This document shows positions 1 to 13,640 of a stretch of 64,000 bases of DNA, piece by piece. Origin of the DNA: the human T2T-CHM13v2.0 reference genome, Homo sapiens. Below the pieces are notes generated by a model. It made no database searches. It saw only the letters and a program-made list of their open reading frames with translations, and was not told the DNA's origin. Where the stretch lies: assembly GCF_009914755.1 (NCBI RefSeq), contig NC_060944.1; one strand, written 5' to 3'. The stretch's first letter is position 1; each line of letters begins with the position of its first letter. A program made the position numbers and the translations under genes.

Positions 1-604
1 GCATTGTCAGACCTTTTCAAAGCCACAAACATACTCTCATTTTTGTTAAAGTTTTTTTTATATATGTTGATTTTAATCCATCTGGAATTATTTTTTGTAA
101 GTGGTGGGTGGAAGGTAGGGTTTGAATTTTATTGTTTCCAGATGGAAAATCTGTTGCCCAATATCATTTAGTGACTAGTTTATTCTCTTGCTGATAGGAA
201 ATGCCACCTCATTTACATATGAAATTCTCATAGATGCACATGTACTCTTGACCAATTTCTCCCATTTAAATTTATAAAATTATACCACTTACAAATATTA
301 GAAATTCAACTATTATTGGCAATAATTATGCTCTTCATTCATTTAATAATGTTTACTGTTTACTGCATGTCTATTATGTGCCAATCCCACTATTCTAAGC
401 CTTGGGAGAGAGCAATTAGCAAAATAGACTAAGGCCCTGCACTCATCGCTGTTATGTCTGTAAGGGGTGGTGGGCCAGAGAGCACCACACAACCGACAGG
501 TATGATGTAGCTGAACTGCAGGGTGTCAAACTTAAAAAAATGTTGACATTCTCTTATATAAAGATCTCATCCATTTTATCTTCACCAAGATAAGGTATCT
601 GGTG

Positions 605-898
605 TTTTTTTTTTCTTTGAGACAGAGTCTCGCTGTGTTGCCCAGACTGGAGAGCAGTGGTGTGACTTCGGCTCACTGAAACTTCCGCCTCCCGGGTTCA
701 AGTAATTCTCCTACCTCAGCCTCCTGAATAGCTGGGATTACAGGCATGTGTCACCACACCTGGCTAATTTTTGTAGTTTTAGTAGAGATGGGATTTCACC
801 ATGGTGGTCAGGCTTGTCTCGAACTCCTGACCTCGTGATCTGCCTGCCTCGGCCTCCCAAAGTGCTGGGATTATAGGCGTGAACCACCGCGCCTGGCC
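605..898 (-). mobile_element. Alu (AluS, Sg-like)
   Basis: Poly(T) followed by a reverse-complement dimeric Alu. Confidence 0.95.
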
Positions 899-1864
899 TA
901 ACTTACTTATTTCTAAACTTCACATCAGAGGTGATCACTATGCAAAACTCTGAAACTATAGAAAAAGTACATGGCAAGTCCTTTTTCCTCAAAAAATTTG
1001 AAATCAATCTGAGGAAATGAGACAGCAACAATCAAAAGGATATGATATAAATAGTCAAAGGGCCTAATAAATGAAAGGCTTCAAGATAGTACAGCGTTGA
1101 TTTTAATATTAATAAAATAAACAACAAAAACCATGCCAACCTGAGGGACCAGGTCTTTGTGCTGTGGACAGATTGGTCTAAACTCTACTCTAGTTATAAG
1201 TATACAAATGATTGGATACAAAAGCATGGCATTCTTGATCAGGGGAATTTCATTAGTTTTACTGAAAAAAAGAAAAGGATGTGTCATTAGAGAATAGACG
1301 GAAAAAAGTAGTATAGAGAGAGCTTTTAGAGGTCCTTAAATAGCTAAATAGTTTGTATCTTATCTACATCAAGGGAAATCAAAAGAAAACTTTTCAGCAG
1401 TAGAACATGGTCAATGTGTAACTTCAATGAACCAGTGGTCCTGGAAACCTTGAAGATAAGACTTCTCTAGACAAAAATCTGTCTTCTTTACCTTAACTTT
1501 TCTTTACATTTTTCTCTTCTCCCAAAGATGCTCAGTATCCTTGGGCTGACCTTTTCTCTATATTAGTGCCTTTTGGTATTTTGGACACTCCAGAAATACA
1601 AAATATTCTTCTCTATTTCTCAACTCCCAAGGAAAAATTAAATAGCCTCTGCCACATATATAATGAATCTAAAGATAACCCTCAAGCACAGATCATCATG
1701 GCTGCTCTTGAACCTACCTCTCCTGTAAAATACATTTGCATGTAACATGAGTTGCTGAAGAGTCAAGAGACAAAAATCTCTTTGCTCAAAAGTGTATGAG
1801 AATTTCTGTTTCTGGGGTAGCCTGGGAGGAGAGATGCTTTTGTCTCTGGGTAAGCTTTAGGTCT

Positions 1865-2387
1865 TGCGGTAGCCTCTAAAATGATTTCCAATGATCCCCA
1901 CCTCTGGGCTTTCCTCTGTTCATGTCATCCCCTTTTCTGAAATGTAGCCTGGACTTCTGACAAACAGGATACGGCGAAAGTGATGAGATGTCACTTCTAC
2001 GATTAGGTTATAAAAGACTGTTTTCCATCTTGCCTGTTCTCTCTGGCTCTCTCTTTAGGTGATAATGAATGCAAGCCAACTGCTATGTTGTAAACTGAGT
2101 GATAGAAGGCCCCTATGGAAAGGGACTCAAGGAGGACTCAGTCTACCAGCTAATGAGGGCATGAATACTGTTAACAAACATGAGAGTGAATTTGCCCCTA
2201 GTGGAGGTTTGAGCTGGCTGCAGCATTAGTTTGATTGCAGCCTTGTGAGAAACTTCCAGACAGAAGACCCAGCAAAGCCACACCCAAATTCCTGACCCAA
2301 AGAATCTGTGAGATCATAAATAATTTATTGCTTTGACAAGCTGCTAAGTTTTGGGTAATTTGTTGTTCATCAAATATAACTAATACA
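1865..2387 (+). mobile_element. MaLR solo LTR (MLT1-type)
   Basis: TG start, MLT1-like body, 3' end AAGCTGCTAAGTTTTGGGTAATTTGTT...CTAATACA. Confidence 0.8.
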
Positions 2388-3229
2388 GGCCACCTCCCAG
2401 CAGAACATTTTGTAGCTGTTGTAGGACTCACAGAATGTTGGCATAGGAAGAGATTGAAATCAACTGAATTTATGCCCTGTTAGATGTTTGAGACCCCTGT
2501 AATTTCCTGCTTAGAGACGGTCAAGTAAGACTTGCACATCTCCCATGCTGTAAACATCTTAACACAATTTTCGGTTGACTCTGGAAATTTCCCCTGTAAT
2601 AGTCTGTTAATAATGATGAACTTTTATGTCTCCATGATCAACTGTCATTCATGTTGGCTTCTCATTTGTGATAAGAAAAATTATATTATCTATTAAAATT
2701 GATGGGAAAGGAAAAGTATGTCGTTTAGAAGATCATCATTCTTGGTCTAACTCGTCTTTCTATAGCTGAGTTTCCCGTGTAACAACATGTAATCTCAGAA
2801 AATTGAAATGTAAAATGTCAACATAAATGTGCTCTGAAGCCATGATAAAAAGTGAAAAATGGATTGTCTCTGTAGTTGTAATAAATACCCACAAATATTT
2901 CTTTTTTAAAAAAAGATAAAATACATCTAACAAATTGTATAGTCATGTCAGTGATTTGGCTTTTTTAGGAAGAAAATCTGCACAATGATAATCCATAAAC
3001 TCATAACATTAATAACAAGCTCTCCATTAATAACAAGCATGAGACAGCTGCACTGCATCTTGAAATCCCACAGCATTTCCCAACTGCACTGCTAACAAAT
3101 TGAAGTCATACACCCAAATGTGGTGAAGCAATCCATTTACTAGCAGCTGTGAAACACTGGTCAGCTGAAATAGACTCTGAAGATAATTTAACTGGCAAAG
3201 GCAATTGAAAAAATACTGCACTCATGGAT

Positions 3230-3731
3230 GATTTGTGAATCTGAGGCTATTGATAGCCTGCCCTTATCCCTTGGGACTCATCCCTGCACTATGAAGGCTG
3301 CTTATTTCAAACACCTGCTGCTCTCTGCCTGTGAGCTTTAATTCTGACCTATGTTCAGGGCAAACCAGAAATGCTGGAGGAGGGATAATGTTCTTTATCC
3401 AAGCTTCAACCAATGTTGGAGTAGAAGTTGGAAGATAGATACACCATCTCCCTTCATCTCTGTTGGTGTAACTTCAATGTATATTCTACATTGTCTCCCA
3501 GAGTCTCCCCTCCCACCTACACACATTTAAGCAGCAGTTGCCCACAGTAGGAACTGCTTTATAATGTAGCCTTTATTGCCTGACTTTCCTTCCTTATCTT
3601 ATTTTTCTACCCCACTACTAGTGTTTCCTGAGATCACTTCTAATAACTAGCAATGTTCCGAATATCACTCAAAGTATTTGGACTCAAATCCATGTCTCCA
3701 CTTCGGTTGCTAGGGAAACCCAACCTAAGAC
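3230..3731 (+). mobile_element. ERVL LTR (LTR16-like)
   Basis: Ends GGGAAACCCAACCTAAGACA, typical of the LTR16 family. Confidence 0.65.
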
Positions 3732-4199
3732 AACTTATTTGGCAGTTGCGCATTTAAACCAGGTATTATACCCAAAGAATTTGGGAAGTTTTATACCCAC
3801 TGAAATGCTTAACAACAGAGGACACAAAATGCAGCAAGTTTTCTCGAGTAAGGAACCAAAACCAGACTTGGGACATTACCTTTTGAATTTTTGTTACATT
3901 TTCTTTTACATATCTTCAATTTTGAAGTGGTTCCAGAAGTCCATTAGCTTTTGTTACAACAGAGATTTCCAACATAGTCTTCAAACCTTCATGAAACAGA
4001 GGGTTAAATATAGTATTCCACAACCCAAAGAGACTGTGGATATATGTATCCACAGAAAGGTTCACAATATTAGCAATAACTATACCTTAATACATGCTTA
4101 TTATGGGACAGGAAATGTGTTATTATACATATTTACCTTTTCTGTGTTCAAAATAACCTTAAGCTTTAGGTACTGTTCTTGTTGTCTTATTTTGTCATT

Positions 4200-7100
4200 T
4201 TCTAACAGATTCATTGTTGACATAAATGACATAAAATATTTACATAAAGTACAATTTGACAACTCTAGATATATACACATGAAATAATTATCATCATTAG
4301 GATAGTGAATATACCCCAAGCTCCCAGAAACTTTCTCATGATCCTTTGTAATTCCTCTCTATTCCTTACCTCTTCTCCCCTGCCTTCCTCAGGCAACAGC
4401 CAGAATAGATTAATTTACATTTTCTAGAATCTTATGTAAATGAAATAATACAGAATGTACTCTTGCTATCTGACTTCTTTCATTCATAATTATTTTGAGA
4501 TGCATCCGTATTATATATATATCTATAATTCACTCTTTTATTGTTGAGTTTATTCTGCTGTATGGACCTACTACAATTTGCTTATCCATTCACCAGTTGA
4601 AAAACTACATTTTTTTTAAATCCATTTACCTGTTGACTTATTCTTTCCAGCTTTTGATTATTATAAATGTAAACATTTTTGTATAAGATTTTGTATGTAT
4701 ATAGGCTTTCATTTTGGAGATATAAATAGCAGTGCAATTACTAGATTGAATGGTAAATATATGTATAACATTTTAAGAAATTGCCATTGTATCATTTTAT
4801 ATTCCCACCAACAATGTATGACAATTCCAGTTTTCCACATCCTCACCAACACTTGATATTATTAGGCCTTTAATTTTTAGCAGTTCTTACAGTGTGTAGT
4901 GGTATCTCATTGTAGGTTTAATTTGCATTTACTATTGATTGATGTTGAACATCTTTTCATCTGCTTATTTGTCCTCTGCATATCTTCTTTGGTGTTCAAG
5001 TAATTTGCCAATTTTTATTGATTTGGAGTTTTTTGTATTATTATTTGGATTTGAGGGTTATTTACTTATTCTTCACACAAATCCTTTATCCAATATATGT
5101 TTGTCAAATATTTCTCACATTCTGAGGTTCATTTTTTTCATTCTGTAAATACCGTTTTTTGAAAATAATTTTTAATTTTGATGAAGTCCAATTTGTCAAT
5201 GTTTTCTTGTATGAACTATGCTTTAGGCATCTTATCTAAGAACTCTGCCTAACCAAAGGTCATAAAGGCTTTTTCCTTTGTTTTCTTCAAGATGTTTTAA
5301 AGTTTTAAGTTTAATATTGAAATCTACGATTTATTTTGAATTAATCTGTATATATACTAAGAGATATGGATCAAAATTTATTTTTTGTTTATTCAATATA
5401 TCCAGTACTACTTGTTTAAAAGACTATTCATTCTCCATTGATTTTCCTTTGCGCCTGTTCCTAAAATCAATGGTCAATGAATATGTAGGTCTATTTATGG
5501 AATTTCTATTCTGATCTATTATTATCGTTGTCTACCGTAACACAAACATGGCACTGTCTTAATTATTATAGCTTTATAAGTATTGAAATCCAGTAGAGTT
5601 ACTCCTCCAAATTTGCTTTTCTTTTTAGTTATTTTGGCTATTTCAGGTCCTTTGCACTTTCCTTTGAATTTTAGAATCTTGTCAATTTCACAATAAAATG
5701 CCTACTCTGGTTTTGATTGAGATTGCGTTGAATCTATTCATCAAATTGGAGAAAATTGCCATATTAACAATATGAATCTTTAGATTCATGAGCATGAGAT
5801 GTCTTTCTATTTATTTAGATCTTCTTTAATTTCTCTCAGTAATATGTTGCAGTTAAAATTGTAGTTTTCAATGATTAGCACTGCCACATCTTTATTCAGG
5901 CTTATCCTTAAGTACTTTGCATTTTTGATGCTATTGTAAGTGGTGTTATTTTAATTTCTGAATATTCACTGCTAATATATAGAACAATAATTGATTTTTG
6001 TGTATTGCTTGTACTCTGAAATCCTGTTCAAGTCAATTATTAGTTCTAGGAGCTTTTTTTGTAGATTTATTTGGATTTTCAAGATATAATCTAGCTGTCT
6101 TTGAATGAAGACAGTTTTCCTTCTTCCTGTCCAGTTGGAACAATTTTAATTTCTTTTTCTTGCTGTATTCAGTAGATGAAATCTCCAGTACAAACTTAAA
6201 TAGAAATAGTGAGAGTGAACATCATCGTCTTGCTCCTGATCTTAGGAAGAAAGCATTTAGTCTTTCACCATTAACTATGATGTTAGTTGTGGGTTTATTG
6301 TAGATGTTGTTTATCATGTTAAGTAACTTCCCTTATGTTGCTAGTTTGCTAAGAATTAATCTAGGAATGGATACTAGATTTTATCAAATCCTCTTTCTGC
6401 ATTTATCGACAAGGTCGTGGGGTTCCTTTTAGGTCTACTAATATTGTGCATTACACTGACTAATTTTTTTTAATGTTACATAAACCCTGCAATCAATGGA
6501 TAAAACCTAATTATCCATGATATATTACCTTTTTTATTTATCAAATGATTTCATTTGCTAAAATTTTGTTTAGAATGTTTGCACATGCATTTCTGAGGGA
6601 TACTGGTCTACATATAATATAACGTATCTTGTCCGTCTTCTGTATTATTAATAGTGCTACTTCATACAATGGGTTGGGAAATATTCCCTGCTCACCAATT
6701 TTCTGGATGTATTTGTATGAAAATTGATATCATTTCTTCCTTAAATGTTTGCTAGACTTCAGCAGTGAAGCCAGTTAAGCCTGAAGTTTCCTTTGTGGGA
6801 AAGATTTTAATTACAAATTCAATTTCTTTAAAAGATATAGGGCTATTCCACTTACATATTTTTCTTACATGAGCTTTAGTCATTTGTTTCTTTTAAATTA
6901 TTTGTGCATTTAATTTTTTGTTGAATTTATTAGCGTGCAGTTGTTCATAATATTTCCTTGTTATCCTTTTAAGATCTGTAAAATTTGCAGTAATATCACC
7001 TCTCTAATTCTTAATTCTTATAATTTGTATCTTCTCACTTTTTTTTTCCTGGTCTGTCTGCCAAGAGGTTTATCAGCTCTATTAATCTTCTCAAAAAATC

Positions 7101-10100
7101 AGCCTTTGGTATTTATTTTTCTCTGTTATTTTTCTGTCTTGTATTCCATTGATTTCCAGTATGATTTTTGTTATTTCCTTTCTTCTGCTTATGTTAATCT
7201 GTTCTTTGTTTTCTAGTTTCTTAGATGGAGGTTAAGGTAATTGACTTAGGATCTTTCTTGTTTTATAAAATAGGATTTGAGTACTGTAAAATTACCAGTA
7301 AATGCTGATTTTAGAGCATCTCACAAATTTTGAAATGTTTTGTTTTAATTTTAATTCAGTCTAAAATATTTCCTAATTTATCTTTTGATTTCTTTTTTAA
7401 CTCATGGATTATTAGAAGTTATTACCAAATAATTGTGGATTTTTTAGAGTTTTTTAATGTTAATGATGTTTATTTTTCTCCCAAGTTGACAGAGAATGTA
7501 TTTTGCATGATATGAAACCATTTTCATTTATTGAGATTTATTTTAATGCCCAGAATATTATCTATCTTAGCAAATGTTTTCTGTGTACTTGATAGTAATG
7601 GGTATTCTCCTATTGTTGGGATGGGTTTCTAGAAATGTAAATTAAATCAAGTAGGGTGATTATGTTGTTCAAACTTCTGTATTCTTACTATTCTCTGTTT
7701 TGTTCTACCATTTGTTGAGAGAGACATATTGACATATTTGACTATAATTGTGGATTTACTCATTTTTTCCTATGGTTCTATCGGTTTTCACTTATGTATT
7801 TTCAAATTCTGTTATTAAATGCATAAACAATGAGGATTGTTACATCCTCTTGATGTGTTGACTGCTTTATCATTGTGAAATGATCTTCTTTATATCTGTA
7901 ATATTTTTTACTCTAAAAATGCCTTTTTCTGATATTCACATAATCTCTTCAGCTTTCTTTTGCTTAGAATGAGCACAGTATATTTATATTTTTTCACTCT
8001 TTTAGTTTTAACTTGTTTATTATTACATTAAATTATATTTTGTTTTACACAATATAAAATTGGGGCCTTATGATTTTCCAATATAGTACATTTGCTTTTT
8101 AGTAGGAGTGCTTGAAACATTTGCATTCAATGTAATTACTGTTATGCTTAGATTTAAGTCTGTCACCTTGCTATTTATTTTGCATTTGTCTCATCTCCCT
8201 TTTTCCTTTTTCCATTGTTTGGATTAAGTATTTTGTGATTTTATCTCCTTTGTTGGCTTACTAGGTATAATTTCTTGTTGCATTTGCTTAGTGGTCTTTT
8301 TTGGGTTTGTAACATGCATCTCTAACTTAACACATTCTACCATCAACTGATAATATAGTCAGTATAGAGTTTAACAATCTTAACAATCATATATACCATT
8401 TCATATCTCCTCTCCCAAATCTTGATTGTTACATTTTTACTTATGTTATAAATCCCACACTACATTATTATTTTTGTTTAAACAATAAATTTTCTTTTAA
8501 TACAATTTAAATAATAAGAAAAATAATTCACTTATATTTACCCACATAGTTAACATTGCCAGTGTTTTTCATTTCTTTGTGGGTCTATATTTCTACCTGC
8601 TGTCATTTTTCTTTTGTTAAGAAAACTTCCATTAAGATTTCTTGTAACATAGATCTGTTGGAGATGAATTCTTTCGACTATTGTGTGTTTGAAAAAAATT
8701 CATTATTTCATATTTGTGTTTAAAATATGGTTTTTTTTCTGGGCATTTGGAACTCTGAGTTAACAGGCTTGGGGGGAGAATGGGCAAGGTTTCAGAATTT
8801 TCAAGCTGTTGCTCCCTTGTCTTCTCTCTTGCATTGTTTTCTGAGAATAATATTTTTGTTCATCTATATAGATATCTTTTTTTCTTGCTATTTAAAAATT
8901 TTTCTCATTATTACCGAGTTTGAGCAATTTGATCAAGCTGTACCCAGGTATACTTTCTTCTTCTTCTTCTCCTTCTTCTTCTTCTTCTTCCTTTTCTTCC
9001 TCTTCTTCTTCTTCTTCTTCTTCTTCTTGGTGTTCATTGAACTTCTTGGATCTTTGGTTTTTCATTATTCATCAAATTGGGAAAAAATATCAGTTTTGTT
9101 TCTTTAAAAACCCTGCCTTTTGGCATCTCTATTTACTTGTGTAGGTAAGCAACGTGAAGTTGTTCCTTAGCTCTTGGCATTTCATTTCGGATAGTTTGTA
9201 TTGCTATGTCTTCACATTTTCTAACAATTTACTCTGTAATGCTCAATCAGCTATTAATCTCATCCAGTGTATTTTTTATCTCAGACATTATAGGTTTCAT
9301 TCTTAGATGTGTAATCTGATCTTTCATTTCTCTATTTATCTTTTTGAATCTATGGAAGCTGCCTTAATGTCCTTGCCTGCTAATTCTAATATCTGTGTCA
9401 GTTCTGGATTATTTTCAATTAATTGATTTTTCTTCTCATTGTGAATCTTATTTTCCTGTTTCCTTTTAAGCCTAGCAATTTTCTATTGGATAGCTGGCAT
9501 TGATTGCAAATTTTATCCTTTCGTGTGTTAATATTTATATATTACTATAAATGTGTCCTGTAGCTTTATTATAGAAGAGAGTTAAGTTACTTACAAACAG
9601 TTTAATCCTTTCAGGTCTTGCTTTTATAACTTGTTAAGTGAATCCATAGGATACTTAGTCGAAGGTTAATTATTCTTTACTACTGAGGCACTGTATCCAA
9701 TGTTATATGAATTTTGAGGTTCTCCAGTCTGGCTAGTTGGTACAGCCACTGTTCTCAGCCCTGTGTGAGTGTTAGACGATGTTCATTCTAATCCTTTTGA
9801 CTCATTCTTTCCTTGGTCTCGGGTAATCTCTATAGAAGCAAGTGCCGATCACTGCTCTGCTGAGTAGCCACAGGACACCCCTTGCATATTTCTGGAATGC
9901 TGTCTCTATTCAGCTCTCCCGTTTCCAACACTTTGTCAAGAGAACTGTAGACAACTTGTTCTCTCCACACACAGCTCCTTCTCCTCAACTTAAGGCCAGA
10001 ATATTCTGGGCTTTCCCTGGGATTCTCCCTCTCTTTGCCAAGGCATAAAAATTCATAGAATGGGGCCACTTAACGACTCACCTCCTTGGTTTCATGTCTC

Positions 10101-10240
10101 TCTGGGATCGCCATTCTTGCTTGTCTAATGTCCAGTGTCTTGAAAACCATAGTTAATATATTTCATCCAGTTGGTTTTATTGTTTCTGATGGAAAGATAA
10201 ATCTGATCCCTATTATTCTATTGTTGCTGGAACCAGAAGT
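4200..10240 (-). mobile_element. Old L1M (L1MC/MD-like) remnant(s)
   Basis: Long T-rich stretch with degenerate L1 3'UTR/ORF2 antisense signatures (e.g. GGTATCTCATTGTAGGTTTAATTTGCATTT); boundaries approximate. Confidence 0.8.
8955..9028. repeat. (CTT)n microsatellite, interrupted
   Basis: Direct reading. Confidence 0.95.
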
Positions 10241-11269
10241 CCCCTGCAATTCCTTATTGCAATTTAATAAATGAATAAACTAAAACACAGGGAGTATCTT
10301 GCTTAAGGTCACACAGTATTAAGTGGTAAGGGCAGAATTCAAACATAGAATTTCAAATTCCAGAGCATTTACTCTTCACTACTACTCTCTACAGTTTATG
10401 TAAATCATATTTCAGTCCTTGCCACCTAGTTAATACTCAACAACTATTACTTTTAATATTATTGATAATAACAAGAAAGCTATTAAATTGAGGCAAAAAA
10501 TGTACACAGAACAAAAAAATTAAAAGATCAGATTACTTACATACAGGCAAGGGACTCTAAATCACATAAAGTAATAACATAAAGAACAACAGTAATTCAG
10601 GTACAGACATTAAAGAATTTTTTTCAAATAGTTAAAGTTGAGCAAGAAAATATGGATCTAAATCTTAACACAATAAATTCAGATTAGGCTTCAGGAAGAA
10701 ATTCTAATTGTGGAACATTTTAGAAACCTTTACTTGGGTTGCAAAAAACCAACAAAACATTTTAGAACATTTAGAAACAAACTGAGCTCCTCTGCATTTC
10801 ACACTAAGGCCATTGCACGGCATCCGGGTCCTTTTGCTCCTCTTGGGAGTCCCTTTTTCACAGTTTCTGCCTTAGGGAAAGGTCATCATCCCAGTTTTTC
10901 TCTTGCATTATTTTCACCTTTATCTGTTTCTTCCAGAGATTCTAGTGAAAAGCTGAGAAGACTGCACTGTGAATCAGATATACATACATATATCCCTGAA
11001 GGTGTTCTCCAGTGAGGACTCCCCCGAAAGCCACTGACTTAAACCTTCTCAAGACTGATTCCTGGAAAATGTAAATAGCTCACTTTTTGGAAATCATGTG
11101 AATGAGAGGCCCAGATGATAATGTAAAAGCATTACTAGAGTTAAGGGGAAAAAATAAGTTAGGTCAGTCACTAGTTTATCATCACATGTGTTTTATTTTT
11201 TTTAATGGGGGCATCTTTATCATTTTGTTTCTGATGAATATATAAAAGTGTATACTGGACTACGCTCTC

Positions 11270-11370
11270 TATATACGCACATATTATATATGTACATACA
11301 TAACATACACACGCACACACACACATGCATGCACACACAGACATGCGCACACACACGCACACATACATAT
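11270..11370. repeat. Degenerate (CA)/(TA) alternating purine-pyrimidine tract
   Basis: Direct reading. Confidence 0.85.
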
Positions 11371-12756
11371 CCACAAAAGGCTGAGAAACTTGAAGTGACA
11401 GCTTTCAATCTCTCCTCCAGTCCTTTGATTCTGTCTAATTAAATCTAGCCATTTCTCATACATTGCAGTAGCTGGCAGGTAATATTCATCATTTGGCAGC
11501 CAAGAAGGTGATGTTTATTGCAAACCTTGAGAGTGAGAAAATACTATAATAGTTCCTTTTCTTCCCAATCTGCCTCCATACAGCTAGAGATTAAAATTAA
11601 TACTGTAAAACATCTGGCTTAGGGCCTGGTACAGAATAGGAGCCTAATAACTGACACCACACATTTCTATGAATGAAAAATTTTGGGAAATAAAAATATT
11701 ACTGATGGAGGGAATGAAGTCAATTAGAAAGAAAAAGAAAGAATGGGGAGGACAGGGTAGCATGGCACTCAGAGCAATTTTTTGCTCAATCAGAAATTGG
11801 AAAATGAGTAGAATGTATAGATAAGACAATGATGAACATAAGCAATCAATTTTTTGGTTTAATTAAGGTCAAGTTAACAACATATCCCAGGGGACTAAAA
11901 GTTACAAGGCACTCAGTAAGTGTAGTTAAACACCATCTCAATGGACCCTTGGGACAATCTCCATTTTCAAGAGGATTTGGAAGCTCCTGAATCAAGAAGT
12001 GAAGTGCAAAACTAAAGGTTTCAATAAGACTAGTGGAAGGGAGGAGAGAGCAAGTATGTTTTACAGAAGATACTTCAGGATAGATGATAAATCAGGCTTG
12101 GAGGACAAACGCCTCTCTCACTATCATCTTTTCTCATCTTTGGTAATTCCATACTGGCCCGAGTGGCTTTATTCTAACTTGCTTACTAATGCTTCAATTT
12201 TAAAAAATGTTTTTGCTGATTTAACCTCATTGAAACAGGAATCAAGTATATAAAATACAACGAATATTTAATGGAATACTCATATATTTTATCAAACAAT
12301 TTTACGTGGTAAATATAAACTTCCTGTTACTTTTTCCTTTAAAAAAACTATTCTCAAATATATCATAGTGTATCTCATATCCCCACCACCATGAAATTTT
12401 TTGACTGAGATTTGCTCTTTTCTCTTGCACCCGATTAGTAGTTTTGTTTCCGAATCCACTGTACTGAGTCACTCACATCTGTAGAGCCCTCATGGTTTTT
12501 CCTCACCTTTTCAGACAATAGAAATATGATCATTGCAGGCAATGGGTTATTATCTGCAACTCCCAGGAGACACAGTTCCTTAGATATTCCAAATATTTCA
12601 TCACAGGCCACAGCATTGTACATTTAGGAAAGAATGGGAAAGAATTGCATATCCACCTGTGCATGATATTTCTGTAGTTGCAAAAGTTATTCTAGAGAAA
12701 TTGCATTTTCCTCCTCCTTCTTATCATTTAATAGCATGCTTTGAGGTGCATACACC

Positions 12757-12940
12757 CTCTGGGAAGATGTGCTCTCTGCCCAATGGGGTTGCTGCTAAGA
12801 AACTCTGGGAAGATGTGCTCTCTGCCCAATGGGGTTGCTGCTAAGAAACTCTGGGAAGATGTGCTCTCTGCCCAATGGGGTTGCTGCTAAGAAACTCTGG
12901 GAAGATGTGCTCTCTGCCCAATGCGGTTGCTGCTAAGAAA
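12757..12940. repeat. Minisatellite, 4.0 x 46 bp
   Basis: CTCTGGGAAGATGTGCTCTCTGCCCAATGGGGTTGCTGCTAAGAAA at 12757, 12803, 12849, 12895; one substitution in copy 4. Confidence 0.98.
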
Positions 12941-13449
12941 AGGCCCTGACTGACCCTTTCCATCAAACCCACATCAACCCTTTTTGAAGACCGAGCTTTT
13001 AATCATGTACGTATTTAGCTCTGAATTGAAAAATAAATGGTATCCAGGGCTAAGTGACTTAGCAAACAAATGATGCGTGGAAATTACATAGCCATGTACT
13101 CTCTTGAATTGTCCCACAGAATTGGTTTAATGAGATGGAGATGACAATTAACTTTTTCCAATTAACATGTCTCTAATTCAACATTCAGTTGCTGAATGTC
13201 AAAGAAAGCTCCACAAATCATTCAGGGGTCAACAACTAAATGCTATGAGCAGAGTTTTTAATGATCTTACTTTCTAATTTTAATATGAATTTCAATATTA
13301 CATTAACATCCTCTTCCCATTTCAAAACATTAGACCGGTGGGCACTGCCCCTCCTTTGCTCCAAAAATGCAGAGAAAACAATAGCATTTAGAAATCTGAG
13401 AACTTCAAAGAACTTCTTTATTTTTGTCTAGATAGGAATAATTGCAACA

Positions 13450-13640
13450 GTCCAAGACCATGACATTTGGGGTCAAAAGAATTGGATTTGAATCTTGATT
13501 CTTCCCTTCCTAGCCGAGAGGCATTCTGCAAAGTGCATAGTCTCTGGTTCATTTTCTGTAAAGTGGGAGAAATATTAACCATTTTTTACAGAGCTGTCAT
13601 GAGGATCAAATAGGTTAACATACATAAAATGTCTGACAAT
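13450..13640. mobile_element. MIR fragment
   Basis: Degenerate MIR core (TCTGTAAAGTGGGAGA...TGAGGATCAAATAGG). Confidence 0.65.

Noticed and set aside
2190-2207. CTCF-like motif (CCACTAGGGGCA on minus strand)
   Set aside because: One base short of the core spacing and inside an old LTR; unsupported without ChIP data.
3739-4287. 182-aa ORF
   Set aside because: Non-ATG start, no recognisable homology or splice structure, runs into an L1 remnant.
8727-9144. Poly-Phe / poly-Ser ORFs
   Set aside because: Translations of the (CTT)n microsatellite.
12757-12940. CRISPR-like array
   Set aside because: Units are contiguous with no unique spacers, there are no cas genes, and the DNA is primate.
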